Part shown: positions 18,452 to 27,489 of the stretch, piece by piece | Layout: each line of letters starts with the position of its first letter | Numbering within the stretch: the first letter of the stretch is position 1 | Source: Dehalococcoidia bacterium | Lineage (GTDB): Bacteria > Chloroflexota > Dehalococcoidia > GIF9 > AB-539-J10 | Direction of reading: 5' to 3' | NCBI GenBank assembly: GCA_007129495.1 | Contig: SKVJ01000021.1 | Location: 39,806 to 103,805 of the forward strand | Length of the DNA: 64,000 nucleotides | Notes under the pieces: model-generated | Databases searched by the model: none | Told to the model about the DNA's origin: nothing | Seen by the model: the letters and a program-made list of their open reading frames with translations, nothing else | Translations under genes and position numbers: made by a program

Positions 18452-19330
18452 CTATTGTCTCACTTTCACCAGCGGACACATCGCCATGCACAGTACTCTG
18501 CACTGCCGGTTGCCGACACCGTCAATAGCCGTATGTTCATGCGGAAGATAGCCGCTGGCGGCTCCCACTAGGGGGACTGCTTTCGCCATTTCGTGAAGGC
18601 TTTCGGCTGGCGTGTGTCCGCGCCTTCCCTGATCCGAGAAGCACGCAACGTGATCGACCTGACCTTCACCATTGATGGCATCCATGGGGCATGACTCGAT
18701 ACACACCTTGCAGCCGGGAGGGCATGACGTTCCTGCTAGTACGGGGCTGCCGTTCAGCATGGCAGTTGTGATCACCGCACCCAACCGTATCCTGGTACCG
18801 TGATGAGGAGTTGCTACCAGTCCGCTTCGCGCCCGTCCCCCGATACCTGCGAGTAGCGCTGCCCGCTTTAGATTGAAGATTCCGTGCAGCGGACCAATCG
18901 TCCGGCCTTCTTCATATCCAGCACGGTCGAAACGAGTGGAGCCACACGGACCCAGGGGGAGCGAAGTCCACGATCGTTCTTCTAGAAAGCGCGCCAGGTC
19001 GTGCGTGATCGAATTCAGCAGCCGGTTCAGATGCACGTACCCGAAGTTGCCAAAGGCGTAGGTCGTATCGATGGGGCTGAGGTTGGATGCGACCACGCCA
19101 TCAGGAATTCTTACGACCACCACGATGACACTGCGTGCCCCGGGCAACAATTCCTCCGGGCTGTAGCCTGTCGGCGCGTACGAGGAACCATCATCGAGCA
19201 CATTGTTCCCGCTGTTCCAGAAGCGCTCCACCGGAGCTATCCCAACGGAGATCGCTCCCAGCCCTGTGGCAAGCTGCGTGATACTCTCGGCGAGCACGTG
19301 CGGGCCCTGATCTTGACTAACCTCATTCAC
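18452..19330 (-). CDS. QueG / reductive-dehalogenase-related 4Fe-4S protein
   Basis: 292 aa. Contains CPPGCKVCIESCP and a second Cys cluster CRVLCMAMCP. The N-terminal part is like the DUF1730 region of epoxyqueuosine reductase. The function is not resolved. Confidence 0.55.
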   Translation of the reverse strand: MNEVSQDQGPHVLAESITQLATGLGAISVGIAPVERFWNSGNNVLDDGSSYAPTGYSPEELLPGARSVIVVVVRIPDGVVASNLSPIDTTYAFGNFGYVHLNRLLNSITHDLARFLEERSWTSLPLGPCGSTRFDRAGYEEGRTIGPLHGIFNLKRAALLAGIGGRARSGLVATPHHGTRIRLGAVITTAMLNGSPVLAGTSCPPGCKVCIESCPMDAINGEGQVDHVACFSDQGRRGHTPAESLHEMAKAVPLVGAASGYLPHEHTAIDGVGNRQCRVLCMAMCPLVKVRQ

Positions 19331-19380
19331 TTCCGGTCCTCCAAATTTGGAGCACAGACGCCGGTCTCATTGTGAATGCC

Positions 19381-20580
19381 TCACAGATTCGAGACATCGG
19401 TACTCTCTCGTCGTGACCGCACCAGGTTTCGTTCCCCGACCACAAAGGCCCCCAGTCCGAAGATCAGGATTACAAGCCAGACGAAGAAGCTCAGCACCGG
19501 AATGACGCGAATGAGCGCGAGGATGAGGAGTCCGAGTGCCAACGACCCTATCATGAAGCCCTTGCTGTCGAGCGATCTGCGGCGTCCCAGTATGAGATTG
19601 CCGAGCAGTATACCGACCGGCAATTGTGTGAGGTAGAGCAGAATGCCCCACACCAGCAGTGTGATGATGCCAAGCGGCAGCCCGACTATGGTTATGCTCA
19701 CAATAATGGCGGCGAGGGGAGTGACGAATAATGCCAGTGCGCCCCAACCCGCCGCGGGACCGGTATCGGTGCGCATAGCTACGGCTGCTCCAGCCATCCT
19801 TCGTGGCATAAGCAGGATCAGCACGAGTCCAGTGATGAAGGCCATCAGATAGGCGATCACACTCCAGGCAAGGCTGGCGAAGATGGCAAGGGGGGCCAAC
19901 GCCCCGAGACCTCTGCGCATGTCTCTGCGCCACTCCTGTTGGACGCGCTCAGTGAAGGCTACATCTCCTTCGACCGTTCCTGCTGGTATGTTGGCTTCTG
20001 TTTCGCCGGTATAGGTCAGATTGCCGCCTATCGACGCTCCGGGCCTGACTACGAGCGTTCTGACATGGACCTCAACGTCGCCAGCGATCGAACCTTCTAT
20101 GATGAGTTCCTCGGCGCCTCCGCGCACGTCTCCCTGTACATTGCCTCGCAGGACCGCGGTTTCTGCACCCAGACCAAGGTCACCTTCAATATTCGAGTCC
20201 TTGTTCAGAGTGATAGTGCTGCCGACCGCCATGAGGTCCCGGCCGATGGAGCCGCCGAGGTCAATCGTCGACCCGGCAACACGTACCCCGTGACCGACTT
20301 CAGCGTTCACATACACTGTTTGGCCGGCAACGGTCAGTCCGTTCGCTACAACGCCGCCGATGGTCACTGACTGCCCTGCGGCAAACACATCTGCATTCAC
20401 CGTACCATTGCTGAGTACCACTCGACCGGCAAGATACAGGTCTTCATTCACGACCTCTTCACTGCCAACTGTTACCTGGTCGCTCGACCGCGCATCGAAG
20501 GCCAGGACAGGTACCGCGGTCAAGCTGAGTGAAAGTACAAGGATTGCCAAAACAACAATCGACCGATTCGCAATGTTCAT
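19381..20580 (-). CDS. membrane protein with N-terminal bactofilin-like (polymer-forming cytoskeletal) beta-helix repeats
   Basis: 399 aa. A signal peptide is followed by G-x-V/I-x-G-D/N repeat units (GDVRGG, GDVEVH, GGNLTY), then about 5 TM helices. Confidence 0.65.
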   Translation of the reverse strand: MNIANRSIVVLAILVLSLSLTAVPVLAFDARSSDQVTVGSEEVVNEDLYLAGRVVLSNGTVNADVFAAGQSVTIGGVVANGLTVAGQTVYVNAEVGHGVRVAGSTIDLGGSIGRDLMAVGSTITLNKDSNIEGDLGLGAETAVLRGNVQGDVRGGAEELIIEGSIAGDVEVHVRTLVVRPGASIGGNLTYTGETEANIPAGTVEGDVAFTERVQQEWRRDMRRGLGALAPLAIFASLAWSVIAYLMAFITGLVLILLMPRRMAGAAVAMRTDTGPAAGWGALALFVTPLAAIIVSITIVGLPLGIITLLVWGILLYLTQLPVGILLGNLILGRRRSLDSKGFMIGSLALGLLILALIRVIPVLSFFVWLVILIFGLGAFVVGERNLVRSRRESTDVSNL

Positions 20581-20921
20581 GTGCGGTTCCTCCTCCTCAC
20601 GTCACGAGTTTGCCCTCTCCGATCGTTCTCATCTTGCGACGGTCCCTAGCATATCAGTTCATTCGCAGTAGAAGACCCCGTCCTCGCATCTTCTGTCGAC
20701 CTGTTGCATGTATTTATGAGGACTGGAGTGTCGCCTTTACCGTTATGGCTCAGGTATCGGTGCCCTCGTCCGATTGTAAACTGCCCTTGGAATAGCAGGA
20801 ATCAGCGAATCATGATACCGCAATCCATCTGCACTCGCCACGCATAGCAGCGAAGCCGGGGGGAAGAGTTGACAGAGGACAGGCAGGGAAAGCGCGGCCC
20901 GGGCTGCGCTCTCCCTCAGTA

Positions 20922-21281
20922 CTAGTCAGTGAATGCGAGTATGCCCAGGATTATCAGGTTTGCGATCGGGATGATCATGATAATGGAGAGCCAGCCCGGC
21001 TTGTTACGGGCCTGGCAGATATTCCACATCACTACGATAAATAGCACTATGTTCACGATTGGAATCAGGAACAGAAATACCCACCACCATGGTTTACCTG
21101 CGATCTGGCAGGCCAGAATGATGTTGGCGATTGGGATCCAGGCGAGCCAGGGATTCGGTGTATTGGTCTTATTGGCTATGATATGGAAACACAGCGCGAC
21201 CCAGATGTATACGGCGATGGATGCTAGGCCCGACAATCCGGAGAACCACCCTGAAAACGTACCCCATGGAAGACCAACCAT
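20922..21281 (-). CDS. DUF5684-like small membrane protein
   Basis: ORF 20922-21314. I moved the start to ATG 21281, 8 nt after AAGGAGG. Contains NPWLAWIPIANI and KPWWW motifs. Confidence 0.7.
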   Translation of the reverse strand: MVGLPWGTFSGWFSGLSGLASIAVYIWVALCFHIIANKTNTPNPWLAWIPIANIILACQIAGKPWWWVFLFLIPIVNIVLFIVVMWNICQARNKPGWLSIIMIIPIANLIILGILAFTD

Positions 21282-21579
21282 ACGACACACCTCCTTGAAT
21301 TGACGTTGACGCAATGGTACATGAACTTACTGTTCGACCCAAGCCTGCTTGAGAAGGGAATCCTGTCGGGTTGAAGGGATTGGCATCATCATGTGCGCCT
21401 TTCTATACGGTGGCACAGGCAACCGTAGTGCCGGTGTGAACGCACATACGGGTCACGTGTTGAGGTGAAAGAAATCGGAAGGTGATACTTGCATGTGAAG
21501 GCGCAAGGGGAATATCCTTAGGTAGCGTATCGTTTGCATTGATGTAGAGCCGTATAGAACATATAGAAGAGGTGAGGAG

Positions 21580-21966
21580 ATGCTTGAAGAAGTCGAGAAA
21601 CTGTTGAGGACCACTGCTGATGAACTGGAGAAGATGCTCAGCAGCAAGACGGTGATGGGTGAACCGATTACCGTTGGAGATGCGACGATTGTGCCACTTC
21701 GAAGCGCTGGATTTGTGTTCGGATCAGCCGGTGGCGGTGGCAAGGGTGGAGAAGCGGCTAAGGGAGAAGGAGAGGGAGCGGCTGGCGGCAGTGCTGGAGC
21801 AGGTGGTGTCCGGCCGGTTGCCGTACTGATTATCGACAAGGATGGTGTCAGAATCGAGCCGATGAAGGGAAGTCTTGCGCAGATGGCTGAGCAACTGTCG
21901 GAAGCTTTGCCCAAGGTCCAGCAGGTGTTCCGCGGCAAGAAACAAAGCGAGTCGGGCGAAGGATAA
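21580..21966 (+). CDS. GerW/YtfJ family protein
   Basis: 128 aa. Contains GEPITVGDATIVPL, a Gly-rich loop (GGGGKGGEAAKGEGEGAAGG) and RPVAVLIIDKDGVRIEP. Confidence 0.8.
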   Translation: MLEEVEKLLRTTADELEKMLSSKTVMGEPITVGDATIVPLRSAGFVFGSAGGGGKGGEAAKGEGEGAAGGSAGAGGVRPVAVLIIDKDGVRIEPMKGSLAQMAEQLSEALPKVQQVFRGKKQSESGEG

Positions 21967-21972
21967 TCGTCT

Positions 21973-22599
21973 TTGTGGGTTGTCTATGCGCTGATCCTTC
22001 TCGTTGCGCTGACAGTCCTGGTACTGGCTGTACCCGTGGACCTCGGGTTGAAAGTCGGGGTCCACGGCAGGCCGTTCGTATATCTCAAGGTCCAATGGCT
22101 GTTCCTGCGGATGACAAGGACTTATGACATCGGTGATACCGATACCAGGTCATCACAGACGCGGACCGCGAAGCAGCAGAAGGTGTCACGAGAGAAGCCG
22201 TGGAAGAAGCCAGCCGCCCGGGCGGGCCGGCTTGTGTGGGATGTCCTGCGGATTCCCGGCCTTGGACGCAACCTTGCTCACCTGGTTGTAAGGCTTCTGC
22301 ATTGCATCAAGGCCCGAGTCGTTTCGATTGATTTTCGGGCAGGCCTTGGAGATCCCGCCGACACAGCTTTGATCGTGGGAGGGATTTCACAGGCAGTCAT
22401 GTTTGCCGATATGTGGTCGAGGCATACCTTCAGGTTGACCCCTGTGTTCGATGGCGAGGCACAACTGGATGGTGAGGCTGAAGTGATGGTGCGCCTGCGC
22501 CCCATCTGTACTATTTCACCAATCCTTGGCTTTCTATCTTCCCGATCTACACTGAAGGCCATTGTGCTTGTGGTGCGTTCACGATGGAAGAGAGAGTAG
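21973..22599 (+). CDS. DUF2953 (YtfI-like) membrane-anchored protein
   Basis: 208 aa from a TTG start, with an N-terminal TM helix. It lies directly after the ytfJ-like gene, matching the Bacillus ytfI-ytfJ pairing (from memory). Confidence 0.6.
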   Translation: MWVVYALILLVALTVLVLAVPVDLGLKVGVHGRPFVYLKVQWLFLRMTRTYDIGDTDTRSSQTRTAKQQKVSREKPWKKPAARAGRLVWDVLRIPGLGRNLAHLVVRLLHCIKARVVSIDFRAGLGDPADTALIVGGISQAVMFADMWSRHTFRLTPVFDGEAQLDGEAEVMVRLRPICTISPILGFLSSRSTLKAIVLVVRSRWKRE

Positions 22600-22838
22600 T
22601 AGACCTCGAAGCCGCTGTGCGGGTAGGTGACCATGAGCTTATTCCGATTGCAGGGACTGTGGGGCGGCCTGTAGTAAGGTCGGATGGCCTCCTTGTAGCC
22701 ATGGTCAGGGAGGCACTCGGAGTGATTGTGAGGGACAGGTCCGGTCTCCGGGTGCTTCTCGCCGACGGTCGCGAGCTTACAGTGGAGCAACTGGTGGCCG
22801 AGTATCCCACCGTCGCCTCCGACGTCTCCTCGCTATAG
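22584..22838 (+). CDS. small GerW-like protein (no Gly-rich loop)
   Basis: 84 aa. VRVGDHELIPIAGTV and ALGVIVRDRSGLRVL mirror the two conserved strands of the upstream GerW/YtfJ protein. It overlaps the previous gene by 16 nt. Confidence 0.45.
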   Translation: MEERVVDLEAAVRVGDHELIPIAGTVGRPVVRSDGLLVAMVREALGVIVRDRSGLRVLLADGRELTVEQLVAEYPTVASDVSSL

Positions 22839-22992
22839 CCGCCTGCCTTCTCCAACTGATTCTGTTCTCCGTCCACCGCTTGACTTGACTCTATGTTCAC
22901 TGTGGTACTGTGGGAGATAGAGGGTAGTGTTGTCATAAACTCGCGACGGCATCGGGCGTTCTAACGGTACAGGTGAAGGAGGAATCATCAAT

Positions 22993-24099
22993 ATGGCAGA
23001 AGACAAGAACAATCTCGATAATACCCAGATCGTCAAGGTTGAAGAGATCAACCTGGCGTCCATGGACATGCAGCAGAAAAGGATGGCTGAGAGGCTGTAT
23101 TCGCAACTCGGACTCGATCCAGTGGTGGAGAAGGTTCTGAAGGAGTACAACACAAATTTGAAAGGCATGGATCGCGCGACGGATCGCGTCTTCGGGCCGT
23201 TTGATATAAAGGGTCGTGCTGAATCGGTAGCTAAGGTGGCCAGTCTCATGACCTATAGTGCCCTGCAGCATCAGTACACCAAGGAACTGGATCAGATGCA
23301 GGATCAGATTGGCACGGTCGAAGGGCAGCGCGATAGAGAGAGGGCTAATTACGATTCGCTCGTACAGAAGGTCGCAGATGTGGTGGGAGGGGACTACGAG
23401 GAATTGAAGAGCAACTATGAGGGTGTTGTTGAGAGGCTTTCCGATGTCGAACATCTTAAGTTGCAGACTGTCGTTCTGAACCAGGAGAAGACTGACCTCG
23501 TGCAGCGATATGAATCACAAATAGGCGAGCTGCAGAAGGAAAAGGCTGATGCGAACGATCGTTACGAGGCAGAGAAGACTGACCTTGTGCAGCGATATGA
23601 ATCACAGATAGGCCAGTTGCAGAAGGAAAAGGCTGATACGAACGCTCGTTATGAGGCTGAGATCAATGCATTGCGAGAGGAGCATCGCCAGTCCAGCGAT
23701 GACCTTAGATCACAGCTTGCCGAGCGCGGCGGGCGAATAGATGTGCTTGAACAGGGGAAGACTGCTCTTACTGCTGAGCGCGACGAATTTGTGCGGCAGC
23801 TTGAGGAACTCAGGAAGGCCCATGCGGACCTCGAAGCACGTCATGCTACGCTGTCTGAAACTCACGAGAGGCTGAAGACCGCCAGTGCAGGACTTGAAAC
23901 AAGTATTGACTTCGATGAAATACGAAAGCGCAAGGGACCCGAAATGCATACGTTCGTCCTCGAAGACTCTAAAGTTCCCGATACGGTCATTGATGGGGTG
24001 GGCAAATTCATTGATTTTAAGCGTTACCTTGGAGTGGCTGCCGAGTCTGGAGCTCGCGACGCCGTGAAGAAGGCGGTAGCCAACTTGTCTGCCACCTAG
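22993..24099 (+). CDS. coiled-coil protein with an internal 29-aa tandem duplication
   Basis: 368 aa with heptad-rich E/K/Q/L composition. AGGAGG lies upstream of the ATG. No family was recognised. Confidence 0.75.
   Translation: MAEDKNNLDNTQIVKVEEINLASMDMQQKRMAERLYSQLGLDPVVEKVLKEYNTNLKGMDRATDRVFGPFDIKGRAESVAKVASLMTYSALQHQYTKELDQMQDQIGTVEGQRDRERANYDSLVQKVADVVGGDYEELKSNYEGVVERLSDVEHLKLQTVVLNQEKTDLVQRYESQIGELQKEKADANDRYEAEKTDLVQRYESQIGQLQKEKADTNARYEAEINALREEHRQSSDDLRSQLAERGGRIDVLEQGKTALTAERDEFVRQLEELRKAHADLEARHATLSETHERLKTASAGLETSIDFDEIRKRKGPEMHTFVLEDSKVPDTVIDGVGKFIDFKRYLGVAAESGARDAVKKAVANLSAT
23485..23658 (+). repeat. 2 x 87-bp near-identical tandem repeat inside the coiled-coil gene
   Basis: Encodes EKTDLVQRYESQIGELQKEKADANDRYEA followed by EKTDLVQRYESQIGQLQKEKADTNARYEA. 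Only a few nucleotide differences separate the two copies. Confidence 0.9.
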
Positions 24100-24128
24100 G
24101 TGGTGAGACGGGGCGATTGCGTGTGTGT

Positions 24129-24692
24129 CTAGAGCAGCGTATGCTCAAGGACTACGTTCACTGCTATGCCAATCAGGATGAGCCCGCCGACAAGGCGGGC
24201 TCGCTTTCCCGCAATCTTACCCAGTCTTGCGCCCAATGCGAATCCCGCGGTGGTCACGAAGAAGGCGACTACGCCAATCACAGTCGCCGGAACCAGGATT
24301 CCTGACTCAAGCAGCGCCAGGCTAAGTCCGACTGCCAGGGCATCTATACTGGTTGCGATGGCCAGCAACGCGAGCCTGAAACCTCGGGTGATGTCTGGCC
24401 CTGGCTCTGGCCCATCTTGGAACCTGTATGCCTCTCGCAGCATATGAACCCCCACCATTACGAGCAAGCTCGATGCGGCCCAGTGGGCGTAGCCGGAAAC
24501 GATGTCAACGAATTCGCGACCCGCAGCCCAGCCGAACATTGTCATGGCTGACTGTGCGACACCGAATACGAATGCGGCACGTGTCACCTGCCTCCGTGTC
24601 AGCGTACTTCGTGCTATGCTACTGCCCACCGCGACTGCGAAGCAGTCCGCCGCAAGCCCGAAGGCGGTCAGAAGTAGTGTGAATATCGGCAT
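24129..24692 (-). CDS. mntP: manganese efflux pump MntP
   Basis: ORF 24129-24863. I moved the start to the internal ATG 24692 (MPIFTLLLTAFGLAADCFAVAVG). Two DUF204-type halves are present (SIDALAVGLSL). Confidence 0.85.
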   Translation of the reverse strand: MPIFTLLLTAFGLAADCFAVAVGSSIARSTLTRRQVTRAAFVFGVAQSAMTMFGWAAGREFVDIVSGYAHWAASSLLVMVGVHMLREAYRFQDGPEPGPDITRGFRLALLAIATSIDALAVGLSLALLESGILVPATVIGVVAFFVTTAGFALGARLGKIAGKRARLVGGLILIGIAVNVVLEHTLL

Positions 24693-25192
24693 GTCCAGCC
24701 TCCCGACCTCGGCATCATCGCTTGCGGTCGGCCAACTCTTTCCCTGCTCATTGTGTGAAGCCGCGAGATGATATCGCACGCGCTCGAAGCCATATCTGCG
24801 CATCTGTACCGCTAATGACTGCGCGTGATACCGCTGCGGCCGTATATGACATAATGTCGCCACTGGTCAGATCGTGTATTCTGATCCAGAATGCAGGATA
24901 GCCGGAAGCGATGTTCACTGCACCTGGTATGTCTTCCCGTGTGTACTCGGCGTCGGTTCGCGTATTGAGTACTACAATGCTCGTTTCAGCGTCCGACCGG
25001 TTCTCGGTGAGGGCCGGTGCCCGCTACGGTGTCATCGCACCCCCGGCGCAAGTACCTGTGTCTCCGATTGTGGCTTACCAACTGCTGAAGGGGTGTCCAG
25101 AGGCACGAAGATGAGGTGCAGATTGACAGCCCATCTGAAACAGAAGCGCAAGAGGCAGCACCCGTGCCAGCGTGGCGATTGTCCGTGTCGCG

Positions 25193-26551
25193 TCATGATT
25201 CCGTTCTCCCCGCTCCAGTGCGCGTAAGGTACGCGTTCATGTCGAACTTGCGCTCAAGTCCACGAGCGTTCATGTAGCGGACTTTGCCGAAGATGGGACG
25301 CTCAGGCCACGCGCGGTCGTGCATACCGAAGCACCAGGCTACTCCGGCATATGAGTTCGGGTCACGGCCGTCCATCTGCCAGCGATTGTTCAGATGGATG
25401 GCTCTCGTGAATGCCTGTTCCGTGCTTGCGGACCATTCGATCAGCTTCTTACCCCAGTACATACGCATGTAGTTGTGCATGGTTCCTGTGCGCACCATTT
25501 CATGTTGCGCTGCATTCCAGTAGGGATCGTGAGTCTCGCCACGCTCCAGCGAACTGAGGTCGTATATGTACGGCCGCGCATCCATTGCGTGGGCGTGTAA
25601 CGTCGCCTTCGCCCACGGTGGCAATGGTGTAAGTGAGTCATACTGCTCGTGATAGTGTACGTAGTTCAGGCTGAGCTCCCTCCTGATGATCAATTCGTCC
25701 AGGAATACCTCGGTCCCCGGTCCCCCACGCTCGCGCGACTGTAGTGCGATCTGAAGAGGAGATATCTGACCGAAGTGAAGGTACGGACTGAGTCCCGAAG
25801 AACATGGGAAACCCGGGTCGCTTCGTAGTTCCTGGTAGAGGTGCAACTTTTGATCGACGAAGGTCTTCAGCAACCGCTCGGCCTGCGTCGCGCCTCCGCG
25901 CAACCCGGGCACCGGTGGGACTGATCGATCCAGATTCATCGATCCTGATACGGAGCCGAGGTCGTTGACTGAGACCGAATCCTCGTCCAGTACCAGTGGC
26001 GCTGCGACTGCCTCCCCTTGTTCGAGAGGCACGAGGTATCGCAATAGGAGGCGGCCGATCTTCGGACGTAGAGTCGCGGCTGTGTACTCGGCCTTCGGCG
26101 ATGCTGACTCCACTGGTACAATGGCGTCCGTCTCGACCTGGACAAGCGGACACTCGAGTCGCTCAGCGACCTGCGCTCGCCACACCCTCTGGTGTCGCAG
26201 ATATCCCCGGTCAGTTACCACGAGCGCGGCCCTGCTGGCAATGAGGAGCACCTGTAAGACCGGCGATCCCATCCTGATGATGGACTCGATGCGCCTGGCA
26301 CGAAGTGCTGCCACTGTCTCACTGAGCCCCTCGAGCATGAAGGTGTAATGGCGGATATTGGCCTCGGGATAGTCTTCCGTGAGACAGAAGAGCACGATCA
26401 CAGGGAGCGATGAATCGTTGGCGCGTCGAACGGCAAACTCAAGCGCATGGTTGCACTCGGCTCGCTGCGATGACTGCATCCAGTACAGGACGAATTCACC
26501 ACGTGTAGTGGTGCGGTAGTTGAGGGAGACGACCCTGTCCTGTTGTATCAC
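25193..26551 (-). CDS. class II CPD photolyase (deoxyribodipyrimidine photo-lyase)
   Basis: ORF 25193-26641. The probable start is GTG 26551, overlapping the upstream stop as GTGA. Contains FVLYWMQSSQRAECNHAL and a C-terminal FAD-binding region (WGKKLIEW, NSYAGVAWCFG). Confidence 0.85.
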   Translation of the reverse strand: MIQQDRVVSLNYRTTTRGEFVLYWMQSSQRAECNHALEFAVRRANDSSLPVIVLFCLTEDYPEANIRHYTFMLEGLSETVAALRARRIESIIRMGSPVLQVLLIASRAALVVTDRGYLRHQRVWRAQVAERLECPLVQVETDAIVPVESASPKAEYTAATLRPKIGRLLLRYLVPLEQGEAVAAPLVLDEDSVSVNDLGSVSGSMNLDRSVPPVPGLRGGATQAERLLKTFVDQKLHLYQELRSDPGFPCSSGLSPYLHFGQISPLQIALQSRERGGPGTEVFLDELIIRRELSLNYVHYHEQYDSLTPLPPWAKATLHAHAMDARPYIYDLSSLERGETHDPYWNAAQHEMVRTGTMHNYMRMYWGKKLIEWSASTEQAFTRAIHLNNRWQMDGRDPNSYAGVAWCFGMHDRAWPERPIFGKVRYMNARGLERKFDMNAYLTRTGAGRTES

Positions 26552-27489
26552 CGGACTGCGCTGTCTATGCCTGCTACGGCGATGATCCCCACCTCGGCCA
26601 GAAATTTGGGAGCCCGTTGCAGCCCCTCGATTGTGTTCCACTCCCCGATTTCACATACCCGGATTGCCGTCGCCGACGTGTAGCGACGCACGAGGTCCCA
26701 GTCGATCCTTCCATCTCCCGGGCACTGGTGATCGCGTTCGTGGTTCATGTCGTGCAGGTGGATTCCAATCATCCGGTGCGAGTGGCGTTGGAGCCACTCT
26801 TTCTGAGTGGTGAATCCCAGCTGTTCATGAGTTGCTGCATGGCCGGTGTCGTGCCAGTAACCTACGACCTCAGGATCTGACGCTGCAAGCAGCATCGCCA
26901 TCTCATTGATGTCCGGCATCTCATGCAGGTTGTGACGCGTCTCCAAACCGAGCAGGATTCCTGTCTCCCTGGCCCGTGATTCCAGCTCATGAAGCGTCTC
27001 AAGCGCTCGATCCATATGGATGGCAGCAGTCTGTGCGCGCAGCTCAGGTATGCGCCGCTGAACGTCGATATATTCTGGCGACTCGGTCTTACACTCATGC
27101 CACAGATCGTGAAGTTGCCGTTGCATCTCCTTGCCGATCGGTACATGTCCCAAGTGCACCACCACGACCCGGGCGCCAAGACGCGCCGCTTGCTCGATGG
27201 TTCCTGTTGCGAATCCGATTGCCTCTCGGCGCTCGGCCTCATCCAGAGAGCAGAGATTAAGGTCATACGCAGACATTCCCAGAGATGAGCGCAGATTCGG
27301 TGTGGGATTGTGCAGGCTGGAGAGCGGGAGTGGACCATCTGCCAGGGCCTCCAGCATCTCGTGCGACGTGACATAGGCATTGGCTTCGATCGCGGTGTAT
27401 CCCCACGCACCTGCATCCCGGGAGAACTCCGTCAGGTTAGTGTAGCGGCCGCGAGCCGACATGGTGGAAAGGGACAGATTGCTGGTCAT
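26548..27489 (-). CDS. sugar phosphate isomerase/epimerase (xylose isomerase-like TIM barrel)
   Basis: 313 aa. Contains VVVHLGH, GLETRHN, WHDTGHA and IHLHD metal-ligand-type motifs. Its ATG overlaps the dnaJ stop (ATGA). Confidence 0.8.
   Translation of the reverse strand: MTSNLSLSTMSARGRYTNLTEFSRDAGAWGYTAIEANAYVTSHEMLEALADGPLPLSSLHNPTPNLRSSLGMSAYDLNLCSLDEAERREAIGFATGTIEQAARLGARVVVVHLGHVPIGKEMQRQLHDLWHECKTESPEYIDVQRRIPELRAQTAAIHMDRALETLHELESRARETGILLGLETRHNLHEMPDINEMAMLLAASDPEVVGYWHDTGHAATHEQLGFTTQKEWLQRHSHRMIGIHLHDMNHERDHQCPGDGRIDWDLVRRYTSATAIRVCEIGEWNTIEGLQRAPKFLAEVGIIAVAGIDSAVR

Noticed and set aside
24693-24900. Possible yybP-ykoY manganese riboswitch in the long leader of mntP
   Set aside because: mntP genes often carry this riboswitch, so I checked. 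I could not find the conserved GGGGAGUAG / UUGACAUA...AGCAAGAC elements in the ~200 nt upstream; only GGGAAAGAGUUGG is vaguely similar. cmscan with RF00080 would settle it.
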